From NCBI RefSeq assembly GCF_009914755.1, contig NC_060925.1: a DNA stretch of 64,000 nucleotides; one strand, 5' to 3'. The stretch's first letter is position 1. Each line of letters starts with the position of its first letter. Below the pieces are notes generated by a model. The model saw nothing but the letters and a program-made list of their open reading frames with translations. It searched no databases and was not told the DNA's origin. Below are positions 25,621 to 39,985 of this stretch, in pieces. A program made the position numbers and the translations under genes. The stretch is from the human T2T-CHM13v2.0 reference genome, Homo sapiens.

Positions 25621-27805
25621 TTAGTCTTACATTTGGCCTGATTATTTGCATAAAGTGCAGCAAGAATAATTATTTCTACATAGGCCTTTTGGATTGGCTC
25701 TGATGGAACTCTGTTTCCCAAGGAATCTCAGATAAGACCTTTTAAAGCCAACCCCAGCCATAGGTTTATCCTAAAATACCTGTGAGTTGGGTGATTCTCT
25801 CCTCTTAAGATCTCAAGATAAATTTGGAGCTCCTGGACCGGTTAGAAAGTAACATTCTTTACTAACCATAGGTCAGGAACCCTTTCCAGGCACTCCGTAG
25901 GCAAGGTTATAATGCCAGTTTCTCCCATGGTTTTTTTTTTTTTTTTTTAATCAGCTCTGCAAGTCGAGTTTGACTCCTTAAAGGGAAGCATACATTTCCA
26001 GTCAAGGCCTTGGTAAAATAACCACTTTCTGCAATTGGGTCCTGTTGCAAAAGAAAAATGGATTCTTATTGCACTGATGCAAACAACAATATTGCCATAA
26101 GAATACTCACAAAGTTTCCAAATTCTAAAGGAACCAGGCAGAGAGAAACAAACATGCTCCAAATTTTGTTCACGGGAGAATAACTTACTCAATTATTAAA
26201 GGCTGTAAATAGTTCAAAATAAGTTTTCTTGACTCTGAAAAACAAAACAAGGATCAGCAATATTCCAAGTAAAGGTCAAAAAGATTTTCTTCAGCTTTCT
26301 GAGTTCAGTCTATCTAGTTAGCCCTTGTTTTGCTTGGCATTTGTAAACATTTCAGCTCTTTATGAGTCCTGTATATTTTCCTTTATTCCAATGTTACGAT
26401 CTCTAAAGTTATCAGAAGCCTGTATTGAAGAGCACCAGTTAAAGTTCTATAGTTAATTAAAAACCATTTTTCAAAAGGATTAAAACAAGACAATTGTCTG
26501 TGAATAGCAAAATGTCCAGTATAGTTATAGTTAGAAAGATGATTGACATAGAAGTTCAGTTCTCTCCGTGGTTTACAATGTCTTACCATAAAAACCTTAA
26601 TTGTGATTGATAGCATATACTCAGACATTAGAATTTTAGAAATCCCACACAACTTTGGAGAATATGTTTGCATTATTTACAATAATGTAACATAAAGAAG
26701 ACTGAGCATCACTGTGACAATCCCATGTGCCTAAACATGTCAAATAATCCTGTTTACCTCTTTTCTGGAAACTGCCAGGGCCCTCTGAAGTACTCCAAAA
26801 GCCAGGTGCCAGGGAAGACAATTTTGAAACTGAAGTTTGATTTTCAGAAGGCTGTTAAATGCTCCAGGTTTAAAACACTTGGTATTATTAAATAGAATTC
26901 CAGATTACCATAAGTTATTTATTTTGCCAAAATGATTACTCAGAAATCTTAAAGGAGCAAAAAGCTTCATAACCCATTACAAATTTTGCCAAAGAGCAGA
27001 TTAGCGCCTTAGGAAAACCTTGTTATGCTTTTATTTCAATGCTCAACTTACAGAAAAACCATATAATACCCTTTTTGGAATTTAGCCAATATGTCCACAC
27101 AGAGAACCTCTTCTGCAAGATTAATTTCCACAATTCTTCCATCACTTCTTTGAACCTTCAGCTTTTTCCTACTTTAATTCAAAATAATCCTTTAACCCTA
27201 GGCCAAAGTTTACATTTCCATGACTTATTATAACCTTTTACTAAAAAACATAATTTACTGTTCTTACACACCTGACATGTAAATCAATTTCTAGTAGTTT
27301 CAATTAACTCCTAGCAATTTTAAATTTTAAGGTAAAACCTGGTAAGTTGCTGTAATTGTGTGCTACCTGCAGCCAAGGTTTACCTTCTTAGTTAAGGGCA
27401 TGGTTAGTTCCATATGTCCTCAGGTCTCAAAAGCCACAAAGCAGTTTATAACCTCAAAACACTTAGCAAACCTTGCATCTGACCTGCATTTTCCCAATAA
27501 TCTTTAGGGCTGTTTTTATTTCTCAGGGGAAAAGGAAACAGGTGAAGGCTTGTGGCTGGGAACCAGCCAGCCGGCTGTGTGGGACCCTTGGGCCATGCGT
27601 CCCAGCCCTGGCACAGAGGGGAGGGGCAGCAAGGAGCCCCACTAGCCTGTCTGTCCTGAAAAAGTAAGGAAAGGGTCTTTCCCCCGAATCTGGGGGTGAC
27701 AGGGTTGGGGGGCATGTTTTCTCTACCCTGTGAAATACCAGGATGGAAGGCTTAGAAGCCGCAGTGATAGGTTTTGAGTCTCTATTTCACTCACTGCTTC
27801 TCGAG

Positions 27806-27823
27806 CCCCCACGTTGCATGCCA
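27806..27823 (-). promoter_or_regulatory. Primer binding site, tRNA-Lys type
   Basis: Minus strand TGGCATGCAACGTGGGGG, 4 nt after the 5' LTR; 14/18 match to the tRNA-Lys(CUU) PBS TGGCGCCCAACGTGGGGC. Confidence 0.8.
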
Positions 27824-27827
27824 AAAA

Positions 27828-28418
<591 letters not shown>

Positions 28419-28428
28419 GTTGCATATC

Positions 28429-28923
28429 TCTAACCAAAATGCCAGATGTTCAGTCTAGTTTCTGCTGCTCACCAAACAGAAAAGTAATCTCTGAGACAAT
28501 GAGTATTGACAAGGAAGAAGGCTTTAATTGGGTGCTATAGTAGAGGAGATGGGAGATCAGTCTCAAATCCATCTCCCTGACCAATTAAAATTATGGTTTT
28601 ATATAACAGGGAAGAAATGTAACTACATGCAGGAAAACAGGAATTAGGGAGGGGTAAGGAAGACGAGTTTGTCAACAGGAGGCAGGTGGTTGCTTAGACC
28701 ATCATGATGGGTGAGAAATCGTGTCTCATTGTCCAGATGTGGTGATCTAGTAAGTCTCAGTTCCTTGATACTATCTGGGAGTCCTGATGGTTGGCTTCTT
28801 GAGAAAGGAATTCAGATAAAACACATGTAATTTTCTCAAGTTTCAAGACTGCAAGGGTCAATTTCTACATTCAATCAAATTAAAACATAAACATCATTTT
28901 ATGGGACAATTGGGTGAGATTCA
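28429..28923 (-). mobile_element. Solo LTR, LTR47-like (long variant)
   Basis: Reverse-complement homologue of 49702-50148 and 54071-54518 (gggagatcagtctcaaatccatctccctgacc); TSD TATC / TATT. Confidence 0.85.
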
Positions 28924-30959
28924 TATTTATATGCTGAAATACTATACAAAAGAAATAGGATAGAAAAATGTAAACACTACATTATTTTAAAAAACTATTC
29001 TAAAACAAAAAAGAACATTGTGAGTTTTTTTTAAGGATACACACATAATTAGAAAGTCTATAAATAGTAAGTAAAAATTGAAATATAGCACAGGGAATAC
29101 TTTTGGGACTAGAAGGGACCTACAGAAGACTTTTAAAATGTACTTCTTTTAAGTTTAAAACCTAACAAGCATATATATGCATGTTCATTATATTGTTATT
29201 CCTTAAATTGTCCAGATATTGTGCACTCTCCTTAGTATGCATGCTGTATTTCATAATAAAAACAAGAGCATAAAAATACCCTCAAAAACCCCTGTCTTTT
29301 AAAGGAAATACGAATGAGTTGGCAAGAAGAATACTTGACATCAAGACATCAGATGACATCACTTTTATCCTGGTACATCCCAGGTGAAAAACAGTCAAGA
29401 AGTAATGTCATTGTCAGAAAATATGCCCAGTTGTTTATAAATCATCATAGAGGCTATTTGAAAGTGGAATTTTCATATGTAGTTAATGATTACTTTGGCT
29501 CTACGTGTTATAAGCCAGGATTATAGCCTATATAATCACATATAAACTGTGAAAAGATATACAAGTTTGCATAATTAAATAAATTTGAATACAATGTTTA
29601 CAAACAAGTGTATTCATTAAAATATTTTTAAGGAAAACAGTGTATCTAATTTAATCTAAATTTTGATGTTGAGTGTGGAGAACAGGGAGAACTAGAGGCA
29701 AAGAGACAAGTTGGGAAGCTATTTTGGCAGTCCCAACAATGAAGAGTTATTTATTAGAGTAATAACTGTGAAAATATTGTTTGTATGTATGTTAATATGT
29801 TATAGGATAAAAGAAAACAATTTGCATTCAAATTTGCAGGTCTGTATATATCCAACTGGGCACAGCTATGCTGGAAAAAAAACAACAAAATTATATATTT
29901 GAACCTCAGCATAGAATCACAATATATGATACAATAAAAAACAGAGACTGATTTATTTAGCATTCTGTAATGAGTGATAGTATCATTCTTGGTGTGATAT
30001 GCTTTTTTAAATTGCAAGAAGCTTTCAGTAAAGATTCAAATCAAACAGCGTGCAAATGTCTTTTATTGCAAATAATCATTGAATTCCTGAAAAACTCAGT
30101 ATATATCAAAGCTCTACAAAAACGTGTTGTTTTTATAGGTTAAATAAAATTAGGATCTAGTATGAAAAACTTATAAACAATATTTTACCATTTTGGTATA
30201 TATACACACGTATGTGTGTACATATTCATATAGATATATTAATGAATGATTCTTTGGAGCACATGGAAATCAGAACATATAGCCCTTGCCAACTCAATGC
30301 CAATAATCATCCTCATTATTTGTGGATCCCTACTGTTAAACACAAAGTCTCTCTAAGCTTTTCAACATGGTTCAGGTGATGTCACCATCGTTGTGGAGAA
30401 CCACCATCCTAGTGGTTAAATAAAATCTAGGTGATTTAGGATTTTTGATGAATATAATATGGTGACTAGTGATCCAGGTAGACTGGAAAACAAAAAGGCA
30501 AGAAAAGGCTTATGGATAAGCTAAACATTAGATATTTTTCTCAGGCATTTCTTATTTGGGGTTGCTATGGAAATAAAACTAGAGAAGATACTTTAAGATT
30601 TGCAAAGCATGTGCAAGTTAGACTCTCTGAGACTAATTTGTACCGGACATTGCTTGATATCCATGGTTTAGTGGCTGGAATGCAGGCAATAATATATCCT
30701 GACATTCTTTGAGCCAAATAATGTCTGTCTACTCTATATTACCCTGAGATCTTAAGGTGTCATTGTTCATAGCAGTATGAGTACTGCTAGCAACACCTGG
30801 GTTTTCCACCCTCTGGAATCTGGTAAGACTGACCTAATGATTTTGAGGAAATCGTATCTATTCCACTTAGCAATTTTAAAAACTAAAAGAAAAATGTCAT
30901 GATATTACTTTATGTCCTTGAAAGTAAAAATTATTTAAAGAAAATGTAGGCACAAAAAA

Positions 30960-33218
30960 TCAAGACTGAAACATGAAAAAATGGCAGTTATATTTTAGGA
31001 ATGGCAGAATGGCAAGCTGAAAATAATTGAAGTCTCTGTTGACTTATGCCATACCAGTTTTAGACAGTCAACTTCTGGACTTTTAATGAAGAAATTTAAA
31101 CCATATTTGATTCATTCATGTTATCTGGCCTTCTATTTCCCCCACTCATAGACAAACTTAACCCTAATTAATATGATTAATATGGAATTCCATAAGTGGA
31201 CACAGGTTATAATAAATGACTATATTTTACATAATTATTCTGTATTCTACATATTAATCTACACTTACATAAGAATATGTGACATTAAATTAGTAGTTGC
31301 AAATCAGCTATCAAGGATTTAAATATTGCAAGCTGAAATAATAATAACCTTATTGCATTACAGAAAAAATATTTGATAAAAACTATAATCAGCACTACCA
31401 TGGAAAGCTGACGCACATATCTTATCGTAAAGGAAAGTGATAGAAATATGTAGAATGTAGATGCATGTTGGCTTTTACCCTATCTTTACCCTATATTTGC
31501 AAAATCCTACAACTGGTCAGTTTGCAAACAGAGATAGAACATGTCTGCTCTGGTGACCTCTATCTACAGGTCACCTTTCTACACTAAGAACTTTGTACAC
31601 AGTTCTACAATCTGAGTTTTGCTATTTTAAACCAGCCTATATCAGTAATCAAAACAATAATAATCAGTGGCTTGTATTGACATCATTAGCATAATTGTGC
31701 TGCAGAATCTTTTTAAGCACTTTCACAAAAATTCTACACCAGATCAGCAGCCAGCATACTAGTAAAGATCAGATTAAGAGTGTTTTTGCTTCAGGTGGTC
31801 TCAAAACAGTCATCGGTCAGGTGGTGGTGATGGTGGGCATAACACTGAGCCCAGTAAGTAAAGGACCAGAGTGTTCAGACTTTAACTGTCTACACCATTA
31901 TTTGCTTATAGGAGCTTGCTTACAGAACTGAGAAACAAATAAGAAACCTATAAATTTGATGAAAAATTTATTGCCACAGAGACTGCAAATTTGACATGAA
32001 ATTTCCTATAATTTATATATCCTGAAAAATATACACCAGCCCTCAAAAATGTATTAGCAGGACATAGGTTATACGGGTTATGTAACCATCAAGACAGTCA
32101 TACTTCTCAGTGCCCACCTTAGATACAGCCACGAAGCTTACTGAGCAAGTATAACAGGTAATGAATATGTTAATTAGCTTGATTTAGTCATATCACAATA
32201 TATACATATATCAAAATATGTTATACACCATAAATGTATGTAATTTTTATTTGCCATTTAAAAATTATTTTTAAAAAGGGAAAGAGAGAGACAGACCCTC
32301 CCAAAAGACAGTCATGATTCGGGGAGGATATTGGTGAAAAGATTTCTTTTCAGGAAGCAGAAGTAGACAGCCCAAATGGGCTAAACAAGGAACTTCCTCT
32401 GCCATAATCAAAAAGGGCCTTTACTAATTCACTTGAATTGTATTTCATAAGTGCTACAGACCACTAGTTGCTATGTTTTCCAATTACCCTCTTCCAAACA
32501 GGTATTTCTAGATGCTGTTATTTTTTTTTCTCTTTGTTTGGAACAAATGACCTGCCCTTTATTTTATAGATTACAAGACCATAAGGACTTAACATTTTAT
32601 AAGGAAGGAGGTTAAATATTATCCTTATATCATGAACTTGAAGACTTTGGTTCTTCAAAACATGAGCTGAAGACTTTGGGTAGTCTTCCCTGGGGAAATG
32701 ATGAATGCATTCTATGTGTGTAAAAAGGTGATGGCAGAAATTTGTGGGTATCTAATTAAACTGGCTGTGGCAGAAATTGCTAATTGTTTCACATTATCTG
32801 TTCTTTTTTTCTGCATCAAAACACTAGAATCTTATGGCTGTGCCAAATAAGAGTATATTCTTTGACCTTAGCAACAGGGTGTCATCATGTGACAAAAATC
32901 TGGCAAATCACACGTGAGCAAAATTGATGGAAATTCTAGGAAGTGTTCTTAAAACAAGAGGAAATGCATTTGTCTTCCCTTTATGCCTTCATGGTGGCTG
33001 GAATGTGGCTATGATGTTGGGCATTGCCACACTCATTTGAAGCAAAATAACCATGACAGATTAGTTATTACATAGAAGAAACATAGAAAGTTCTTGGTTG
33101 TCTACATCTTTGTGGAACTGCTATACCCAGCATTAGAAGAGCAGTCTCTGGACATTAACATGAAATAATATTTTTCAGAGGCGTTGTTCTGCAATTTCCA
33201 ACCAAATAGTAAATAGCA
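30960..33218 (+). mobile_element. Degraded MLT1J-type MaLR provirus: partial 5' LTR (~30960-31175), internal region, 3' LTR (32766-~33218)
   Basis: Two MLT1J-like LTR segments (ggctggaatgtggctatgatg; acttctggactttt) flank MaLR-int-like sequence (catggaaagctga, ctggtcagtttgcaaacagagat, gactttggg...atgaatgcattctatgtgtg). Confidence 0.6.
32150..32275 (+). mobile_element. Short L1MA-type 3' terminal fragment
   Basis: ggtaatgaatatgttaattagcttgatttagtca...tacaccataaatgtatgtaatttttatttg matches the L1MA5-8 3' end. Confidence 0.7.
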
Positions 33219-35316
33219 TTTTTTTCATTTCTCATGATGTGTATAGGCCCTAAAGAAATTCTTTAAAAAACATCAACAAGAGACAGCTACTCAAATAATT
33301 TGACATCTGTTGATATTTATAAACTTCAGCTTTCATTAGCTAGGAATATTTTTTAAGGATATATAAATGAAGTGTGACATGCTCCCTGTGGCTATTATTG
33401 AAAAGCAGTTTTGAAAATCTTGCATTTTCATTATGTGGTGCTAAACCACCAAAAATCAGTGAACGTCTCTAACATAATGTGTCATTTGAATTGAAAGAAT
33501 AGTGTGGGGCTTAACGTGATTTGTGTGTGCATTTATATTTCTCATTTAACAAAATGATGGTGTCCTGGATATTAATTATATATGATACGTTCCCAAAACA
33601 ATCACAATAGAAATATATAACAAAATGATAGCATTTTCATTAAAATATTAATCTATTTCAGGGAGTAAATAAATAGTTAAAAGCACAGAACAATCTCTAC
33701 AGCCTCTCTTGGTTATGCTACTCAACTCTAACACATTTCTTCTTTGCCTGCCTCTTTGTCTTTCTAGTCTTAGATTCTCCCTCTAGCTTCAGTATGAAAA
33801 TGAATCCATAGATCTATGACTAGCCCAAAAGGAACTGTCAGTAGCACTTATCGTATTAAAAGACACTAAAGTACAACAGAAAGTTTCATAAAAACTCAAA
33901 TGCTCCAAACTTATTATTTCGATAGCTTGACTTTAAAGAGGATGGGGCCAAAGCAGTATAATGAGCAGCTTTGAAACAAAATATACTATAGAAATCACTC
34001 TTTTAGATGGTTTTTATTACCATGAAGTATTTCCCTTCTATGCCAATTTTGCTGACAGTTTTAATCATAAAGTGATGCTGGATTTTGTCAAATGCTTTTT
34101 CTGCTTCTATTGAGATGATCGTATGATTTTTGTTTTTAATTTTGTTTATGTGCTGTATCACATTTATTGACTTGCATATATTAAACCATGTCTGCATCCC
34201 TGGTATGAAACCCACTTGTTCATGGAGTATTATCTTTTTAATACACTGTTGGATTCAGTTAACTAGTATTTTTTGATGATATTTTGCATCTATGTTCATC
34301 AAAGATATTGGTCTGTAGTTTTCTTTTTTTTTGTTGTTATGTCTTTTCCTGGTTTTGATATTACAGTGATACTAGATTCATAGAATGATTTAGGGAGGAT
34401 TCCCTCCTTCTCTATCTTTTGAAATAGTTCAGTAAGATTGGTACTAATTCATCTTTGAATGCCTGGTAGAAGCTGTGAATTTATTTGGTCCCGGGCTTTT
34501 TTGGTTGGCATTTTTTTAATTACTATTTCAATCACTACTTGTTATTGGTCTGTTCAGTTTCTATTTCTTCCTGAACTAATTTAGGAGAGTTGAATGTTTC
34601 CAGGAATTTGTCCATATCCTCTAGAATTCCTAGTTTATGCACATAAAGGTGTCTGTAGTAGCCTTGAATGATATTTTGTATTTCTGTGGTATTGTTTGTA
34701 ATATCTCCCATTTCATTTCTAATTGAGCTTATTTGGATCTTCTCTCTTCTTTCCTTGGTTAATCTTACCAATGGTCTATCAATTTTATCATTTCAAATAA
34801 TCAGCTTTTTGTTTCATTTATCTTTTGTATTGTTTTTTGGTTTGTTTCTTTCAATTTCATTTAGTCCTGCTCTGATCTTTGTTATTTATTTTCTTCTGCC
34901 TGGTTTGGGTTTGGTTTCTTCGTGTTTCTCTACTTCCTCAAGGTGTGACCTTAGGTTGTCTATTTGTGCTCTTTCAGATTTTTTGATGTAGGCATTTATG
35001 CAATGAACTTTCCTCTTAACACTGCTTTTGTTGTATCCCTGAGGTTTTGCTAAATTGTGTCACTTTTATTATCCAATTCAAAGAATTTTTAAATTTCCAT
35101 CTTGATTTTATTGTTGACCCAAAGATCACTCAGGAGCATATTATTTAATTTCTATGTATTTGCATAGTTTTGAAGGTTCCTTTTGGAATTAATTTGCAGT
35201 TTTGTTCCACTGTGGTCTGAGACAATTCTTAATGTAATTTTGATTGCTTTACATTTATTGAGACTTGTTTTGTGGCCTATGATATTATCTATCTTGGAGG
35301 AAGTTTCATGTGCTGT

Positions 35317-35610
35317 TCAATAGAAGGTGTATTCTGCGATTGTTAGATGGAATGTTCTGTATATATCTTTTAAGTCAATTTGTTTCAAGGTATAATTTAA
35401 ATCCATTGTTTCTTTGTTGACTTTCTGTTTTAATGACCTGTCTAATGCTGTCAGTGGAGTATTGAGGTCCCCCGCTATTATTGTGCTGCTGTCTATCTCA
35501 TTTCTTACATCTAGAAGTAATTGTTTTATAAATTTGGGAGCTTCAGTGTTAGGTGAATATATATTTGGAACTGTGATATTTTCCTGTTGGACTAATTTTT
35601 TTATCAGCAT
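35317..35610 (-). pseudogene. L1 ORF2p endonuclease-domain remnant
   Basis: NIYSPN and GDLNTPL motifs of the APE-like L1 endonuclease; stops on both sides. Confidence 0.9.
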
Positions 35611-36770
35611 ATAATCTCCCTGTTTGTCTTTTTATTGTTGTTGTTTTGAAGTCTGTTTTGTCTGATATAAGAATAGTTCCTCCTGCTCACTTTTGGTTTT
35701 CATTTGCATAGAATATCTTTTTCCACCCCTATAACCTTAAGTTTATGTGAGTCCTTATGTGTTAGGTGAGTTTCTTGAAGAAGCTTGGTTGGTGGATTTT
35801 TCTCCATTCTGACATTCTGTATCTTTTAAGTGGAGGATCTAGGCCATTTAAATTCAATATTAGTATTGAGACGTGAGTTACTGTTCTATTATCATGCTAG
35901 TTGTTCACTAATACCTTTTTTTTCATTGTGTTATTGTTTTATAGGCCTTGTGATATTTATGCCTTAAGGAGGTTCTGTTTTGGTGTATTTTGTGGTTTTG
36001 TTTCAAATTTAGAACTCCTTTTAGTATTTCTTGCAGTGCTGGCTTGGTAGTGGTGAATTTTGTTGGTATTTGTTTGTCTGAAGAAGACTTTACCTCTCCT
36101 TCATTTACGAAGCTTAGTTTTGCTGGATACAAAACACTTGGCTGACAATTATTTTGTTTAAGGAGCCTAATGATACAACCCTAATCTGTTCTGGCTTGTA
36201 AGATTTCTGCTGAAAAGTTAGCTGTTAATCTGATAGGTCTTCCTTTATAGGTTACCTGTTGTTTTTGTCTCACAGCTCTTAGTCTTTCCTTCATCTTCAC
36301 TTTAGATAATCTGATGATAACGTGCTTAGGTGATTATCTTTTTGTGATGAATTTACCAGGTGTTCTTTGAACTTCCTGTATTTGGATGTCTATATCTCTA
36401 GCAAGGCCAGGGAAGCTTTCCTCAATTATTCCCTCGAATAAGTTTCCAAACTTGGATTTATCTTCTTCCTCAGGAACACCAATTATTCTTAGGTTTGGCT
36501 GTTTAACATAATCCCAAATTTCTTGGAGGCTTTGTTTATTTTTACTTTTTTTCTTTGTCTTTTTCTGATTGGGTTAATTCAAAAGCCTTTTCTTCAAGCT
36601 CTGAAGTTATTTGTTTTATTTGTTCTAGTCTATTGTTAAAATTTTTCAGTGCATTTTGTATTTCTCTAAGTGTGTCTTCCATTTCCAGAAGTTATGATTT
36701 GTTTTCCTTTATGATACCTATTTCACTGGAGAATTTTCTATTCATATCCTGTTATTGTTTTTTTAAATTT

Positions 36771-37609
36771 CTTTTTTTTTGAATTTTTTTATTATACTTT
36801 AAGTTTTAGGGTACATGTGCAAAACATGCAGGTTAGTTACGTATGTATACATGTGCCATGTTGGTGTGCTGAACCTGGTAACTCGTCATTTAGCATTAGG
36901 TATATCTCCAAATGCTATCCCTCCCCCTTCCCCCACTCCACAACAGGCCCTGGTGTGTGATGTTCCCCTTCCTGTGTCCATGTGTTCTCATTGTTCAATT
37001 CCCACCTATGAGTGAGAACATGTGGTGTTAATTTTTTGTCCTTGCGATAGTTTGCTGAGAATGATGGTTTCCAGCTTCATCCATGTCCCTATAAAAGACA
37101 TGAACTCATCATTTTTTATGGCTGCATAGTATATTCCATGGTGTATATGTGCCACATTTTCTTAATCCAGTCTATCATTGTTGGACATTTGGCTTGGTTC
37201 CCAGTCTTTGGTATTGTGAATAGTGCTGCAATAAACATACGTGCACATGTGTCTTCATAGCAGCATGATTTATAATCCTTTGGGTATATACCCAGTAATG
37301 GGATTGCTGGGTCAAATGGTATTTCTAGTTCTAGATCCCTGAGGAATCGCCACACTGACTTCCACAATGGTTGAACTAGTTTACAGTCCCACCAACAGTG
37401 TAAAAGTGTTCCTATTTCTCCACATCCTCTCCAGCATCTGTTGTTTCCTGACTTTTTAATGATGGCCATTCTAACTGGTGCGAGATGGTATCTCATTGTG
37501 GTTCTGATTTGCATTTCTCTGATGGCCAGTGATGATGAGCATTTTTTCATGGGTCTTTTGGATGCATAAATGTCTTCTTTTGAGAAGTGTCTGTTCATAT
37601 CCTTCGCCC
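36771..37609 (-). mobile_element. 5'-truncated L1PA4-like element nested in the L1PB
   Basis: Poly(T) then attatactttaagttttagggtacatgtgc, catgttggtgtg, tttagcattagg; the host L1PB resumes at ttggctttca. Confidence 0.93.
37116..37598 (-). pseudogene. L1 ORF2p C-terminal (CCHC) fragment
   Basis: [11 protein letters not shown]...[19 protein letters not shown]...; frameshifted at YTMEY; part of a truncated L1. Confidence 0.95.
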
Positions 37610-39287
37610 TTGGCTTTCATCTTTCTCTGTATGTCAATTAGTAGCTTAATAATCAACCTTATGAATTATTTATCTGGCAATTCAGAGATTTATTCTTGGT
37701 TTGGATCCATTGCTGGGGAGCCAATGTGATTATGGGAGTGTTATAAGACCACGTTTTGCTATATTACCAGATTTACTTTTCTGGTTCCTTCTTATTTGGG
37801 TAGACTTTTTCCATGGAAATATTTGGAACTCAGAGTATGCTGTTCAGACTATTTTGCCCCACAAGGTAATCCCTTGATGTGGTGCTCTCCCTCTTCCCCT
37901 AGGGATGGGGCTTCCTGACAGCCATACTGCAGTGACTGTTATTGGGTGTCTGACCACCCAGCAAGGCTACTAGGTTCTGGGCTGGTGCTAGGGAATTTCT
38001 GCAAAGAGTCCCGTGATGTGATGTGTTTTCAGGTCTCTCAGCCATAGAAACCAGCACCTGCTCTGGTGGAGGTGGCAGGAGAGTGAAGTAGCTTGTGAGA
38101 ATCCTTGGTTGTAGATATGTTTGGTGTGCTGGCTTTCTCGAATGCTGGTTATGCTAGCAGTGAAGTTGTCACATGGACAGACTCAGGATCTTTGGTTAGC
38201 CAGGATGTTGCTGGCAGTGATATTAGCTGTGTTTTCTTCTTCCTAGAAGCAGGTTTTTTCTGTCATGAGTTGCTGTAAGGTCTGAGTTCGTTGGCCTCAA
38301 GCCAGGAGGTGGCGCTTTCAAGAGTGTACCAGCTGCAGTAGTAGTAGGGGGATATAAGCTTGCCCTGTGTTGGCCAGGGTAGGTGTTCTGGTTTCTCAGG
38401 CAATGGGTGGAGCCATAAAGCCCCCAAGACTTTATGACTTTTGTGTTTGGCTACCAGGATGGGTGGAAAAATACCATCAGGTGGGGGCAGGGATATATGG
38501 GTCTCAGCTCAGAATCTTCTTGGGTGGGGCTTGCTGTGGTCACTGTGGTGGATGGAGGGGTGGTTCTCAGGCCAATGAGGTTATGTTTCAGTGGTGATTA
38601 TGGCTGCTTCTGCTGTGCCATACAGTTCACCAGGGAAGTGGGGGATATCCCATAGTGAAAGGCCTCACCCAGCTCCAAAAACCACCTGTTCACCACAAGT
38701 TATTGGAATAAAATACAAAGAAAGAAAATCACTCTTTTATTCATCTAGAAAATTCTTACTGATGGTTTTAAAATTTCTTCTGTTTCCCAAGTAAAATTAT
38801 TTCTGAAATTTCCAGTAAGTGTTTTCACAACTCCAGGCCTTTAAAATCATAAAGATGATGTAGACTGGGACAAGAAAAATATAAGCATAATATAGTTTGT
38901 TCTTATTTCATATATATGTACATATGCTGACTGGATACATATATATATAGTTCATAACATAAATCTTTCTGTGGGAAGTTTTAAATAGCGTAAATGAATG
39001 TGAATGTGTGTATTTTGAGATCCCACGTGGTATAACTGAGAAAGGTTAGAATTCTGGGGAGCGGAACTATACATTATGAAAACTTAATTTTTAATTCAGA
39101 CTTGCTTAATGCTAAAATTGAAACCTGGAATCAAACAATTTTAAGTAACAGTTTCCTTGAGAGAATGAGAATCTTAACATTTTAAGCACAAGTAATTTAA
39201 CACATATAAATAAAGGTAAAAGCTGGAAAATAAGTCATCTTAAATTTAAAATATAAATATTAGCCAAAAAGGATTGAAAATATTTGC

Positions 39288-39914
39288 TTACATTATTATT
39301 GACTATAGGTACAATGTCATACAGCAGATCTCTAGAGCTTATTTATCTTGCTTGACTGAGACTTTATGCCTACTGATTAGTAACTCCTACTTTCCTCTCC
39401 TGTCAGTCCATGGCAAACACAATTCCACAATTTCATACCATGAATTTGACTATTTTAGATACCTCATGTAAATGAAATCATGTAGTATTTATTTTCCTGT
39501 GGCTGGCTTATTGCACTTAGCTCCCCCTCCTCAAGGTTCATCCGTACTGCAGAGTATTGTAGATTTGCCTTCTTTTTTTAAAGCCTGATATCAGCTCACA
39601 CATGTTCTGATAGCTTCTATCAAAAAAGAGTGAGAGAGAGAAGTGTTGCTGAAAATGTTGAAGAAATTGGAACCCTTTGCATACTGTGTGAATGCTAAGT
39701 AGTACAGTAACTATGGAAAACAGTACAGAAGCTCTTCAAAATAATAAATATATAACTTTTTTACAATCCAGAAATCCCACTTTGGGGTACTTATCTAAAA
39801 GAATCAAAATCAGTATTTTGAAGAGATGTTAACAATCCTATGTTGATTGAAGCACTGGGCATAATAGCCAAGATGTGGAAACAAATGTCCATCAATAGAT
39901 AGACACAGAAAATG

Positions 39915-39949
<35 letters not shown>

Positions 39950-39954
39950 CACAC

Positions 39955-39985
<31 letters not shown>

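Larger units (their letters stand above)
34004..38676 (-). mobile_element. L1PB-type element: partial 5'UTR, ORF1 and 5' half of ORF2, all disabled
   Basis: ORF fragments YPAKLSFVNEGEVKS (ORF1), NIYSPNTEAPKFIKQLLLD..IIAGDLNTPLTALDR (endonuclease) and [28 protein letters not shown] (RT); 5'UTR of L1PBa type. Confidence 0.9.

Noticed and set aside
32091-32315. 11-bp direct repeat AAGACAGTCAT around the L1MA tail fragment as a TSD
   Set aside because: The repeats do not abut the L1 piece, and the intervening sequence looks like MaLR internal DNA
37116-37598. 160-aa ORF as a functional gene
   Set aside because: It is the C-terminal piece of L1 ORF2p in a 5'-truncated copy, with a terminal frameshift
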